Made by a program: the position numbers and the translations under genes
Assembly (NCBI RefSeq): GCF_004010195.1
Contig: NC_057720.1
Span: forward strand, 31,208,150-31,272,149
Direction of reading: 5' to 3'
Length of the DNA: 64,000 nt
Source of the DNA: Chiloscyllium plagiosum
Lineage: Eukaryota
Notes under the pieces: generated by a model
The model's database searches: none
Told to the model about the DNA's origin: nothing
What the model saw: the letters and a program-made list of their open reading frames with translations, nothing else
In this document: positions 12,951 to 26,658 of the stretch, one piece after another
Layout: every line of letters begins with the position of its first letter
How positions within the stretch are numbered: the stretch's first letter is position 1

Positions 12951-14199
12951 GCCTTCAGGTTCCTCTGCAGCATCCAGCATCCAAAGTTCTGTTACAGTGT
13001 CCCCTGACTTACAGAGCTCGCATCAGCACTGCGCTTCCCTTCTTCCCTGCAAATAGAGTTGGAGCCAATAAAACTCTGGGCTTCTTGTATACTGCACACA
13101 TTCTGAGGGGCCTTACCTTTGCAAACTCTGTTTGAGCTCCTAATCCTCCACACCAGTCTGATGGTGCTAGGTTTACAATCAGCCCTGGTCTTCCTACATC
13201 CATCTTCACACTTGTAGGTAAGCAACCAAAGTAACCAATATGCGAACAGTGGCAGGGCCTGGTGAAAATAGTAAAAGAAGGACCTCTGAAGAGGTTCTCA
13301 GAATGTAAAGAAGTTATAGATGGCACACCGTGCAGATAAGGGCTGAGCACACCCCTCTATACAGTGAGACATGCTGTACCCTGAGAATAGAAACATTCCT
13401 CTATCACCCACCCACATTCAGACTCAGCTTGTACAGCAGCTTGGTGAGGGTGCCAATCAACTTCACTAAGAAGGAAATGACTGCAACAATCCGACACCCT
13501 TTGTATCAAATGCTCAATATCACACTGCATTCAGTCCAGATTATTGTCATATTTATGTGACAGATGATGTGTTAACATCGTGTCGCTCACACAGTAGCAT
13601 GAATACTGGTTCCCCTTCAGCCAGCATTGGCCTTTTGTAACATTCTTGCTGCAAACATCAAAATCTTAAGGTGCCAAAGTTCAATTTGCAAGAACCAATG
13701 GCTTATTGCAGACCACCTTTGAGCTGCATCTGACCCCTAAGCACCTTCACTCTACATGCGTACAATGTTTGGTGAGTTTAGTAAAATAGGAAACTGCCAG
13801 AGCAAGCCAGAGTCCCCTTTAATATGCAACTTGCTGCTGCCTAGTGAGGAACTCAACATAATAGTTAAGAAAACATGAAATATTGAACAAGATGATCCCA
13901 ATCCGGAGATGGGTCTTGCCAGACTTCTCTGATTGTGCCACATGTCTTGCCATAGCCTACTTCACTCAGATTTCAACCCATGTTTTTGCTTTCAGACAAA
14001 ATTGACCTTTATTCTGCTCTTACCACCTACTCAGGATGTATGGTTTATATTTTCTCTACAATCATTACCAATTTTGTTCAGTGATACCTTTGATTTCTAA
14101 TCTTCCTCAACCTCTAACCTATCCCTGACCTCCCCATGCCTTCTAGTTGCTCTTCCTGATTCTACAGAATAAAAAAAGTTACTTTCCATGTGTTTTCGG

Positions 14200-14325
14200 T
14201 TCCAAAGAAGAATTACATTGGATTTGAAGCATTTACTCTTTTTATATTTCAACAGATGTTAGCACAACCGCAGTTTCTCCAGCTCTTTCTGTCTTTATTT
14301 TAGATCACCAGTGTTTGCAGTGTTT
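14200..14325 (+). mobile_element. Highly degenerate old PLE pseudo-LTR remnant (lineage D)
   Basis: Same layout as 41891-41995 and 56625-56752 (decayed HHR region, acagatg..., ttctccagc, gtgtttgcag). Confidence 0.4.
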
Positions 14326-17300
14326 AATTTTTGCTCTATTTGGTAAATTCAGGGAAACAGGAGGGCTGAACTTCACCATATAACTGTATTTTTAAGTGAA
14401 ATGTTTAGTTATCACATTTGATTTTCATGAGTATTTACAGCACGCACACAGGGCAATCCACTAAATAGATCCATTTGTGCTTCATGCAAACCTGTCAGTC
14501 CCTTTCATATTCATGATCAAGGTTTGAACTGTGCCATGAACAACAGAAATTCATTTCTTCAGTAGTTCTGTAGAACCTAACCTGAAAAAACACATTTCAA
14601 TTGTTCCACTAGCTTGCTAGAAATCTTATGTCCATAGTTCATAATTATTCCATTAGAAGTCTCACTCAAGATTATCAAGCCATTCCAAAAACTAAAGTCA
14701 CTGATGTTTTAAAGTGAGAAATCTTCCTCATAAATTTAATATTTTCAAAACGCTGCTTGCTTATGTTTCTAAAAGTGAAGGAGGCAAGCAAGATATCATG
14801 TTCACAACTAATAGTATGAGCTTCCTAATGCATTATTTTGACTTGAATCCCGTTCGTGTTGTTTGTTTTCACAGCCTTTTGCACCACAAGATTTGTCAAA
14901 CTAATGATTTGTTGCACTCTACTTGATGATAAACCATTTTCTCACTCACTGATAGTTAAAGCTTGTAAAATTCTCAGGCAACTTGTTGGAAGTGGGAAAG
15001 TAATCCACACCTGAGAGCTAACAATCCCCATGTTGATGAAGATGAAATGTCCCCAAAATATGAAAGCATATTTATGTTGTCATTTGTTGTTTCTAGTTTT
15101 GAGCTTTCAAAATGTTTTTTTAGAGTCAAGGTGGGGATTGTGGTTGAGGTGTTATTTTCTGCTCTCTGGGTTGTTACCTATAGCTCTCAATTGTGGTAGC
15201 AATGAAGTAGAACTTGATGATGTAACTGGAGATAAGGTGCTGCTGAATATGTCTACCCCGAGCTTGCTGACCACTCCAACCATACAGCACAGGGCATACC
15301 TTACTTGCATTTCACAAAGGAAGAATCATTCAGAAGCTCTAAGTCTCTTTTGACATGCATTTGGCACAGTAAATTATTCCTGGGGTATTATAAGTATCCT
15401 TTGATTGATAGGATGACAGTCATTACTTAGGCTCACACTGGGCACTTAGAGGCTGCACAAGCTGTTATTTATTTATAACTGTAATAAGAGATTTTTTGAT
15501 TTAATAATGGATTGCATACTTCTGAAATATACTTTGAAACCAGCTTCTGTAATTTGTTTTTATCTCTGTGAGTGCTTGTTTTGTTTGGAGTATCTGAACA
15601 TGAAATATAATAAAATTCTAAATATTGAAAACACAGCAACAAAGATGACTGACAGATCCCAGCAAGTGTGCATTACTAATAATTATTTCACTTAATAACA
15701 GTAAGTACTATGTGGCAGTTGAATTGGATATCATCCCTGCTTAAATCAAATGCTCCAAACCACTCCTTTTGTAGCTCTATAGACAAATGGATTTTTCTCA
15801 ATCCATTGTCAGAGGAATAAAACATTTCAAGAAGGATTTGCACCCAGTGAAAACAATTATTAAAAGTTCTGAAGTGCTCATAGCTGTTTTGTCTAGGAAG
15901 GTTATGATAGAAATTTTTCAAATTAGAAGGAGTCCAGGACTCTAGTCAAATTGGAACCAGAGTGCTGATTCAAGTAGTCCAGTCCCCAAATCCACCATTC
16001 TTTTTGGGGGGGAAGAGAGTATTGGGGTGGGAGGTATTTCATACATCTACAGTTCTTGAAGGCTACAGTACTTTCAAATGTGGAACTGCCTTGACTCAGA
16101 GCTAACTTTCATCATCAAGGTTTCTGAAAAATGATCTGTGGTCTTTAGCTATTTGAGGAAAAATTCTCAACCTACCAGAGGTCTTGAGGAGGTCAGGTGA
16201 TCCTTTGGGGCGCTCAGGTATCTCTCAAGTTTGGAGAGGTTTGGCTAGCCTTTGGAGTGGTTAAGGTAACTCTGTAGGGTTATTATCAGTAGACAATGAC
16301 GTGTATAAAGACTATCTGGAATTATCAACTTGTTTAAATCCCATTCCCTTTATATTTTCAAGAAAACAATGCCTACTGTGATAGAAAAAAAGTGGCTTGC
16401 AATTTCATTAAATATTTATTGATACAAGCCTGCAAATTATGATTTGAGCTTTAATACTTCTTTACTGCTTTCACAATGTATCTTATCTCAGTGGGGGGCC
16501 TGTAAATACACATGTTGATTGCAGGCTCTGTATAATTATAATGGAATAAAATGACTTTGCCCTGAGGCTATGAGCATACATGTTTGCTTTTACAAAGGAT
16601 TAAAAACTTTCGGGATGATGTCTTCAACAGGCACTTTGAATTTTACCTTATAGCACTGTGCATGTCCTGTGATCTGTCCGGGGCAGATATTTGGTGAGTT
16701 GACACTGGAGGATGTGAGAGCAAAGTGTAGTGGGTGAGGCATCATGGGTTGACATGAGTTGACACTAAGTTAGCAAAGGGACTATATTGGGCTATGAAGG
16801 TGAGTGGGTGTCATGAGTTGGTGCTAATTCAGCACAGAATCTGAGATACTATTTAGGGGTATGGGGTCAGTACAGAGATATGAGTTGGCATGGATGGAGC
16901 ATGGAAACTGTGAGGAATGAGGGCTAGAGGACGATATTGTTTCAATTATAATGGGGATAAAATCCCAGAGAATTGAGGTGGCGTTTTTAAGCTGCCTACC
17001 TCAGTACTTGGGATCTGCTTGGTCGCCTGTGCCTCACTTTTAAGGGTGGCAGGATTAATTCAAGTTGGTGTCTGTCCCCAGAATGAAAGCCAATCATTTG
17101 GAGAAGTTTCTCACCAGTCAGAATTAAGGAATTGGAAATTTTTCTGAATCTGTGCACCTCACTCTGGATCAGAAGTTGGGCCATATGTCTCAGTGCTTGC
17201 TTCTGATGTATTTATAAAAATATTAACACAAGAGATTTGTTTTTAAACTGAAGTAATTTTCAGTAATTATGTGTAAAATATCTTTGTATCTGACAATAGG

Positions 17301-17544
17301 AAGAAAGGGGTCCTTTCCTCATTGTTCACATTCTGTTAATGAACGCAAGAACATTACTTAAAAAAAAACACAATAGACCATAATCCAAATATAAAGAAAA
17401 GTAAGCTGAAGACTTTGCTACTTACATGTGAGCATACCATGATTAGTAAGATTGCTGATTGGTGCTATATACTCAATTATGTAACAAAGCTGTCAGTTAA
17501 TTTTTTGTCCCACTGAAATCTAATCTAATCTAATTTAATCTTAT

Positions 17545-17680
17545 CCAGGAACTCCTTCCCAAATAACACAAGGCACATGATATGGACTGCAGCAGTTCAA
17601 GAAGGCTTCACAAAATATCACCAAGGGCAACCAAAGATGGGTAGCAGCTACCCACCTTACAGCCAGTACTTACATCCCAA
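17545..17680 (+). mobile_element. 3' end of second CR1/L2-group LINE lineage
   Basis: ggaactccttccc...atggactgcagcagttcaagaaggc...aagggcaac matches 61825-61930. Confidence 0.6.
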
Positions 17681-18795
17681 CTATAAAAATTTAACCTCCA
17701 TAAGAAAAATAGCTGAGGAATTATCTTGTGCAAAATGATTATTTAAATATTAACCTCTATTTAAATAGGTGACAGAAATTAGACAGAAATGTAAAATATT
17801 ATTGCATTGCATCAATCACAGGTTGATGGAGAGGTGGAATAAGATAGCTAGATTACAAATATTGGTACAGATAAAAAAAAACAGATAACTATTTTAAAGA
17901 ATTTGTCCTTCAGTAGGAGCATACCGTGAACTCAATCATTTATCAAAACATAATCATACATTTGATTTTGTAACAATATTATAACTCAATGTCACTATTA
18001 ATCCAAGGTGCAATATAGAATTAGATGTTATGGAAGAACATATATGTATTTCTGGAGTTATTGTTCTTACTTAGTCTTCTATATGATTGTCCATTGTTAC
18101 AAAATTGTTTCTAAGTGTAATATTTCTACTTTCTACACATTTCAAATGAAACTATCCTTTAACTTTTTTTTGATTTTGCAGAACGTTTCTAGATGGGAAG
18201 TAAGGACTGGCTATCCTTCAGTAACACTGGAGCAAGCAGGGTTTGGGCTTGAAGTGGAAGGGAACATCAACAACATTAGATCATTTTTAAACAGGGCTGC
18301 CAAATCTATTACATGACTGATGTGTCTAATAAGCTTGAGTCTACTTAATGCTGAGCTCTAATAGAGATGATTACTATAAAAGAAGATTACCAGTAAAGGA
18401 AACTTGTTAAACTGTCTTTACACTGGTATACTTTCTTGGATATTTTCCCAGTGCTTCTCCCCAGCATTAGCTTCAAAAACCAAATATCGAAGACAATGTT
18501 ATATTACTCACTGGGTGCTACTCTGTATTCAGCTAGCAGTACATTTCTGACCTTCTACATCTCAATTAGTAAATCAATTTACCAGATGACGATAGTCCTC
18601 TAAATTAACTTCCATTAGTTGCAGATAAGCACAGTCAATACAGAGAAGATCCACGTTGGCAACTTATGATGCACTCCAGAAACTGCACCACAGTTGAACT
18701 GATGGCACATAATGATGCAGCACTATTAAAACAAATATAAAGCACCTTATGATATGGATAATGTTATAGTGGTGCCTGCACCCATCCCTTTATCT

Positions 18796-19698
18796 AGGTA
18801 AAAACAATGACTGCAGATGCTGGAAACCAGAATCTAGATTAGAGTGGTGCTGGAAAAGCACAGCAGTTCAGGCAGCATCCGAGAAGCAGTAAAATCAACG
18901 TTTCGGGCAAAAGCCCTTAATCAGGAATACAGGCAGAGTGCCTGAAGGGTGGAGAGATAAATGAGAGGAGGATGGGGGTGGGGAGAAAGTAGCATAGAGT
19001 ACAATAGGTGAGTGGGGAAGGGGATGAAGGCGATAGGTCGGGGGCGGAGGGAGGATGGAGTGGATAGGTGGAAAGGAAGATAGGCAGGTAGGACAAGTCA
19101 TGGGGACAGTGCTGAGCTGGAAGTTTGGAACTGGGGTGAGGTGGGGGAAGGGGAAATGAGGAAACTGTTGAAGTCCACATTGATGCCCTGGGGTTGAAGT
19201 GTTCCGAGGCAGAAGATGATGCGTTCTTACTCCAGGTGTCTGGTGGTGAGGGAGCGGCGGTGAAGGAGGCCCAGGACCTCCATGTCCTCGGCAGAGTGGG
19301 AGGGGGAATTGAAATGTTGGGCCACAAGGCGGTGGGGTTGATTGGTGCGGGTGTCCCGGAGATGTTCCCTAAAGCGCTCTGCTAGGAGGCGTCCAGTCTC
19401 CCCAATGTAGAGGAGACTGCATCGGGAGCATTCGATACAATAAATGATATTGGTGGATGTGCAGGTAAAACTTTGATAGATGTGGAAGGCTCCTTTAGGG
19501 CCTTGGATGGAGGTGAGGGAGGATTGTATTCTATGCTACTTTCTCCCCACTGCCACCCTCCTCTCATTTATCTCTCCACCCTTCAGGCAGTCTGCCTGTC
19601 TTCCTGATTAAGGGCTTTTGCCCAAAACATCAATTTGACTGCTCCTCGGATGCTGCCTGAACTGCTGTGCTTTTCCAGCACCACTCTAACCTGGACCC
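18796..19698 (-). mobile_element. Penelope-like element (lineage A, Neptune-type GIY-YIG) with inverted pseudo-LTR
   Basis: The minus strand encodes FTCTSTNIIYCIECSRCSLLYIG/TGRLLAERFREH...VAQHFNSPSH...GTLQPQGINVDF (GIY-YIG, frameshifted). Arms about 18833-19003 and 19525-19695 are inverted. 15-bp TSD cccatcc(c/g)tttatct at 18781-18795 and 19699-19713. Confidence 0.92.
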
Positions 19699-19834
19699 CC
19701 CATCCGTTTATCTGCAAATGTTTTTCTAATTCAAGTTACTCCACACCACTAAACCCTCCAGTTCTCAATCAAGGTTGGATGGTGTTGGCATGAAGAAGGA
19801 CATAGGCCCTATGATTGTAGTGCGAATAGTTTAC

Positions 19835-20135
19835 TTTTTTTGATTACTTGTTCATGGGATGTGTGCATTGCTGGCAAGGCTGGAATTTATTGCTCATCAC
19901 AATTATCCTTCCTAAGGTATAAATGAGCCATCATTTTGAACCATTGCAGTGTATTTGATGTAATCATATTTATGATGACATTCCGGGATATTGGCCCAAT
20001 GACAAGGAAGAAACTATACATTTTCAAGTCAAGGTAGTGTGATGCTTGATTAGGAACCTGGAGATGGTGACATTCCCTGCTACCCTTATGTTTCCAGGCA
20101 GCTGAAGTTGCAGATCAAGAAAATGCTGGTGACCT
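19835..20135 (-). mobile_element. Degenerate 3' end of second CR1/L2-group LINE lineage
   Basis: ttcatgggatgtgtgcattgctggcaaggctggaatttattgctcatc...ttcaagtcaaggtagtg matches 44050-44260. Confidence 0.6.
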
Positions 20136-20627
20136 CACTTTGCAAATGCTGCTTGAATTTTCTCGGTTACTGATCTGAAACACTATCAACAGCTGGAGCA
20201 ACCGGGCTCAATCTTCTGTGCCTACTGAGCTGATAACAGTTGATGTAGACTGCACTGGCTCAGTTCAGCAGGAACAGAAGTTGTTCCCCTTTGACAACAC
20301 TTACAGAGATTCATGATCAGCTCAATCTTCCCTCTGAAGGAGGAGTAACACAGATTCAAATTAATGAAGGAAGCATTTGGTCTTTGATCTTTTATGACTA
20401 CCACCTTTATGATTTGTAAGTACGGTTACTCTTATTTCCATCATCTCACTTACAACAATATTCCAAAATACTCACTGAACCTTGTAGTTGAATTAATTTT
20501 CAAAAATGTAGTAAGTTATAAGACATCGTAGTTAGTGCATGTAATATGTAGCTAATCTCTAACACCACTCAATCAAACCTATAGGTTCCCCCAAAACAGT
20601 TGCACCTTATGTATTCTTTTTCAGAAA

Positions 20628-20930
20628 TACCCATGACTAGAGGGCATAGGATTAGAGTGAGAGCGGAAAGATATAAAAGGGACCTATGGAGCAACGTTTT
20701 CATGCAGAGGGTAGTACGTGTATGGAATAAGCTGCCAGAGGAAGTGGTGGACGCTAGTACAATTGCAACATTTAAAAGGCATTTGGAAATGTATATGAAT
20801 AGGGCGGGTTTGGAGGGATATGGGCTGGGTGCTGGCAGGTGGGACTAGATTGGGTTGGGATATCTGGTTGGCATGGACGGGTTGAACCGAAGGGTCTTTT
20901 TCTGTGCTGTACATCTCTACGACTCTATGA
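20628..20930 (+). mobile_element. CR1/HER1 3' fragment
   Basis: TRGHRIRVRAERYKRDL..NVFMQRVVRVWNKLPEEVV, followed by tail catctctacgactctatga. Confidence 0.92.
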
Positions 20931-21699
20931 TAATAATGAAGTGTAATCCTAAAGTTCTATCGAGTACATTCTATCTAATTGCATTTGCAGCAGTACAGCA
21001 CATGCACCAGAGACAGAAGGCAATAAAGTCCAAATTAGCATATGCAATTCCTTAATTGGTAAGTTACCATTCTCAACAAAATATTTGAACATAAATACAC
21101 CCCAAACTGGTAGGGAGAGTTACTCCATAACAGCTGTTGTGTACTTCCTAGTGGCCACCATCTCAAACATAGATGCTGAATACGGTGAGAAAGTTATGAT
21201 CAAAAGACTTCCATTTATGGATGTTCAGAAATGCCATTGAATTAAATTTGAAGATTAATTCTTATGTCAGTAAATATTGATGTAGTTAAAGGGAAATCAT
21301 GTGGAAAGAATGTGTCTTTTCTTTAACTGTTTGCTTATTTAGAATTGGGTATGTTTGTTAAATGTAGTACTTTAGGCATAAGTAAAAGGGCAATTGTAAG
21401 TCAACAAGACAAACTTCTGAAACTTCTGAGTCAATGCATGACTTAATAAGCCAATATTCAAATGGACAAAATTCTATATTTCCCCCTAACATATTATTGG
21501 AAATTTTACGCCACTGTCTTTTTTTTTAATTCATATGAATAGCTCTTCTGGGGATATCATTGGATAGTGTGAGGAAGCTTGTCTATAGAATCATAAAAAT
21601 ACACATCTAACTGGCCAATTATATCTCTTCCAATTCAAAAAAATTCTATTTTTATACTGTAGCCCACAGGTCCTGTTATTGCTATGTATATTCACGCAT

Positions 21700-22420
21700 A
21701 GCACATGTTCAGTTAAGAAGTAGCTTTCAACTTTTACTTTCCTTTTGGGCAGTGAATCAGTACCTTACTCTCTTGTTAAAATAAATACCCCTCAACTCTC
21801 TAATCCTTCAGCCAATTACTTTAAATCTCTGTCTCCCGATTATTATCTGTCGACAAATAAAACTAGGTTTACCTAAATACTCTGTCAAGCACTTTGTACA
21901 GTGTTACGTACTTCTTTTAAAACTCCTCTCAGACACCTCTGTTTCAAAGAAAACAACTCCAGCCTATGCAATCTTTCCTCATGGCTAACATTTTTGAATC
22001 CTGGCAACATTTTCAGAAATCTCCTCTGTACCCATCGTACTGCAATTACACCTTATAATGTACACAGTACTTATACTTTAGTCAAACCTGTGTTTTGTGA
22101 ATCCTAGTGTTACCTCAGTGTACTCATGTTCCAATAAACAAAAAAAAACTTCCTTAACCTCTTGTCCTCTTGTGTTAAGAGATCTGCAGGCATGCATTTC
22201 AAAGTCTTTCTTCTCCTCTACACTTCTCAGTATCCTACAATTTATTGTGTATTCATATGAGTTGCTTGTTCTCCAAAAATGCATTATTTTACAGTTTTCT
22301 GGATTGAATTCCCATCGGCTTATTTGCCCAATGAGCTGATACTCGTTTGCAATCTCCATCTTTTTTCCTTACTATCAACTACAAAATCAACTCTTGTATA
22401 TCAGCATATCTTTAAACATG
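21700..22420 (-). mobile_element. Old CR1 ORF2 3' fragment
   Basis: Minus strand WEFNPENCKIMHF...ILRSVEEKKD. Confidence 0.75.
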
Positions 22421-23164
22421 TCCCTCACACTCAAGGCTAAATTTGCCTTCAAGCTGAAACCCAGTTGAACATAGCCTTTCAATTACAGGAACATCTGTCA
22501 ATCTAATGTTTAGTTCATGATATCCTTGGTGAAATAGCCAGAAAGAAGAGAAGATACTGATAACAGTTTGATCAAGGATGTATTTTGAGGATTTTAAACA
22601 TGATGGTGTGAATGCATTATGTATCATTTTGCAAAATCACAGTGTTAATGGGGAACTCTGTTTATCCACGGCAAATACATGATGCAGAACCTTTTCTTAT
22701 AACTGAAATATAAAGTCAACAGTCAAGGCTTTCACTGAGCGTGCTAGCATAATGCTAAACCTAGGATCAATTTAACAGTTAATGTACTCCAAATGCTAAA
22801 GATTTAAGGTTTGAAATTGAAGCCAAGAATTGGTCACAGAATCCAGGAATTGCCTTTCTCCGACTCTGTCAAGAATCTTTTCCCAGACATTTGGAGGGAC
22901 ACTGTCACTGTCCCTTGTGATATCTGACAATGTATTACACAATGGCAGCAGTGTTTTTCCATTAGATTTTCTACAAGGAGAATAATTGTGTTAACAATGA
23001 CTCTTGAAGAAGTAATTACTGAAGAGGAGATTCAGCTAAATAATTTCTTGACTTCCTTCATCCTTTACATGTAGCTGCTGATTTGATCTAGGAGTTGCTT
23101 GATATGTAAAATGGTTAGTCCCCTGCTTTCTAGTCACTGTAGTAGTTTACCTCCATTTATTGAC

Positions 23165-23630
23165 AACGTCCTAACTCCCACCACATTTCATTCATCCATC
23201 ATGGCTGTACTCACTGACTAACATCGAATTCTGGTTGAGTAATGTCTGAATTTTTAATTTGTCATCTTTGTTCTCAACTCCTTCCACGGCCTCACCCTGC
23301 CCCCTATTTCTCAGGTCTGCTCCAGCCCTTCAAGCCTCTGTGACATCTGAACTTCTCCAATGTGGAGCATTTTCAGTATTAATCACTTCATTATTATGCC
23401 ATGTCTTCACCTAACCAGTCCATGAGCTTTGAAATTCTCTCTGCCCCTCTACTCTGCTTTATTCCTTGATGACATTGCTTTAAATCTACTTCTTTCACTA
23501 AGGTTTGGTCAATTGGCCTATTATTAAAGTGGCTCAATGTCAAATGTAATTTGATAATGCCCTGCAAAGCACTTTGGGAATGTTATCATATTGTCATTGA
23601 TGTATAAAAGCAAGTTATTATTGTTGTATT
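23165..23630 (+). mobile_element. L2 LINE 3' fragment
   Basis: Degenerate LNF.FVIFVLNSFHGLTLPLF motif and L2-type end aagcactttggga...gtataaaagcaagttattattgttg. Confidence 0.6.
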
Positions 23631-25684
23631 TGCTGTAAATGTGGAGATCTCATTTACGCATTAAATGCACTTGATGCTTTTCTGTGCATGCACTTGTGAA
23701 GGATTTAGAGGGCAGTCATACCTCTTTGATTCATGTGACATCTTGTGCCTGGATTTTCCTTTGTATACCTGTTTACTTTCATAGAACATAGAACAGCACA
23801 GCACAGCCCAGCACAGGACAGGACCTTTGGCTGTCAATGTTGTGCCGACCTTTTATTTCACTCTAAGATCAAGCTAATCTACATACCCTTAATTGTACTA
23901 GCTTCCATGTGCCTATCCAAGAGTTGCTTAACTGTCCCTAATGTATCTGACTCAACTACCATCACTGTCAGTGCATTCCATGGACCCACCACTCTCTGTG
24001 TAAAGTACCTACCTCTGAGGTCTCCCCTAAACCTTCCTCCAATCACCTTAAAATTACTCCCCTTTGTGATAGCCATTTCCGCACTCGGAAGAAGTCTCTG
24101 GCTATCCATCCTATCTTTGCCTCTCATCTTCTTGTACACCTCTATCAAGTCACCACTGATCCTCCTTCACTCCAATGAGAAAAGTCCTAGCTCCCTCAAC
24201 CTTACCTCATAAGGCATACCCTCCAATCCAGGCAACATCCTATAAATCTTCTCTGCACCCTCTGTAAAGTATCCACATGCTTCCTATAATGAGGCAACCA
24301 GAACTGAACACAATATTCCAAATGTGGTTTAATCAGGGCTATATAGATCTGCAGCATAACCTTGCAATTCTTCAACTCATTCTACCTGCTAATGAAAACC
24401 AACACACTGTACACTTTTTTAACAACTTTATCAACTTGGGTGGCAACTTTGAGGATCGATGAACATGGACCCCAAAGATCCCTCTGTTCCTCTACATTGC
24501 CAAGAATCCTGCCTTTTACCTTGCATTATGCATTCAAATTTGACTTTCCAAAATTAATCACTTCACACATTTCCAGGTTGAAATCCAACTGCCACTTATC
24601 AGCCCAGTTCAGCATCCTGTCAATGTCCTGTTGCAACCTACAATAGCCCTGCACACTATCCACAACTCCACCAATCTTTGTGTCAGCTACAAACTTACTA
24701 ATCTACGCTTCCACTTCCTCATCCAAGTCATTTATTAAAGTCAAAAAGAGGAAAGGTCCCTGAACCAATCCCCATGGGACATCACTTGTCACCAAGCTCT
24801 AGGCTGAATACTTTCCATCTACTACCACTCTCTGTCTATGGGCCAGCCAATTCTGTATCCAGACAGCCAGATTTCCCTGGATCCCATGCCTCCTTACTTT
24901 CTGAATGAGCCTACCATGGGGAACCTTATCAACGCCTTGCTAAAACCCATGTACACCACATCCACTGCTCTACCTTAATCAATGTGTTTTGTTACTTCCT
25001 CAAAGAATTCAATAAGATATGTGAGGCATGATCTGCTCCTCACAAAGCCATGCTGACTATCTCTAATAAAGCTATAGTTTTCCAAGTAATCATAAATCCT
25101 GTCTCTCAAAATACTCTCCAAACATTTGCCACCACGGATGTAAGTCTGACTGGTCTGTAGTTCCCAGGCTTACCCCATTCCCTTTCCTGAACAAGGGAAT
25201 AACATTTGCCACCCTCCAATCATCTGGCCCTACTCCAGTGGACAGTGAGGATTCAAAATCATCACCAACGATGCAGTAATCTCTTCCCTCATCTCCTGTA
25301 GCAACCTTGGGTATATCCCATCTGGCCCAGGGGACTTATCTATCATTATGATTTTAAAAATTTTCAGCACATTCTCCTTCTTAACATCAGCCTGTTTGAG
25401 CATGTCAGTCTTTTTTATGCTGTCCTCATGAATGTCAAGTTCCCTGTCAGTAATGAATACTGAAGCAAAATATTCGGTCAGGACCTCCTCAACCTCCTAT
25501 GACTCCAGGCACAAGTTCCCTCCACTATCCCTGATCAGCCCTAATCCCACTCTGGCCATTCTCTGTTCTTCACATAAGTGTAGAATACATAAGGGTTTTC
25601 TTTACCTCTACCCGCTAAAGCTTTCTCATGCCCCCTTCTAGCTCTCCTCATTCTTCGGTTCCTTCCTGGCTAACTTGTAACCTT

Positions 25685-26013
25685 TAGATTTTAGATTTAG
25701 ATTTAGATTACTTTAGATTACTTACAGTGTGGAAACAGGCCCTTCAGCCCAACAAGTCCACACCGACCCGCCGAAGCGCAACCCACCCATACCCCTACAT
25801 TTACCCCTTATAACTAACACTACGGGCAATTTAGCATGGCCAATTCACCTAACCCGCACATCTTTGTGACTGTGGGAGGAAACCGGAGCACCCGGAGGAA
25901 ACCCACGCAGACACGGGGAGAATGTGCAAACTCCACACAGTCAGTCGCCTGAGTCGGGAACTGAACCCGGGTCTCTGGTGCTGTGAGGCAGCAGTGCTAA
26001 CCACTGTGCCACC
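25685..26013 (-). mobile_element. HE1-type SINE, young, nested in CR1
   Basis: Head ggtggcacagtggttagcactgctgcctcacag, B box gggttcagttcc, tail ccacactgtaagtaatctaaa repeats. Confidence 0.95.
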
Positions 26014-26630
26014 CTCTAGAGTCCTGTCTGTTCCTTGCCTCCTCAATCTTAAAAAGCTTCCTTCTTCCTCTTGACTAGCTGTTCCACACCCCTTATCTCC
26101 CATGGTTTTTTCAACCTACCATCCCTTCCTTGCCTCAGTGGGACAAACCTGTCCAGCACTAACAGCAAGTGCTCCCTGAACAACCTCCACATTTCTGTCA
26201 TGCATTTCCCTGAGAACATTTGTTCCTAATTTAGGTATCCCCGTTCCGGCCTAACAGCATTGTAATTCCCCCTCCCCCAATTAAACACTTTCCCATACTG
26301 TCTGCTCCTATCCCTCTCCATGAGGTTAGTAAAGGCCATGGAGTTGTGATCACTATCACCGAAATGGTCTCCCACCAAGAGACTGGAAACCTGATATGGT
26401 TCGTTGCCAAGCATCAATTCCAATATGGCCTCCCCTCAAGTCTGCCTACCTACATATTGAGTCAGGAACCCTTCCTAGACACACCTGACAAAAACTGCTC
26501 CATCCAAAGTATTTGAACTAAGGAGGTTCCAATCAATATTAGGGAAGTTTAAGTCACCCATGACAACAACCCTGTACTTCTGCACCTTTCCAAAATCTGC
26601 CTCCCAATCTGCTCCTCCTCTGTTGCTACT

Positions 26631-26658
26631 GGGGAGGGGGGGGGGGGGGGGGGGGGGG
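26631..26658 (+). repeat. Poly-G tract (23 consecutive G at 26636-26658) inside CR1 ORF2
   Basis: Seen directly. Confidence 0.95.

Noticed and set aside
18182..20415. Plus-strand exon candidates (acceptor at 18181, donor at 20416)
   Set aside because: Each has only one good splice site and the peptides are unrecognisable.
23745..24646. 155-aa and other plus-strand ORFs (also 34843-35292 and 30766-31065)
   Set aside because: They are antisense frames of CR1 ORF2 fragments.
26631..26658. Poly-G as a functional G-quadruplex or poly-Pro coding tract
   Set aside because: It is a homopolymer expansion within a dead CR1 ORF2, and its length may be a sequencing artefact.
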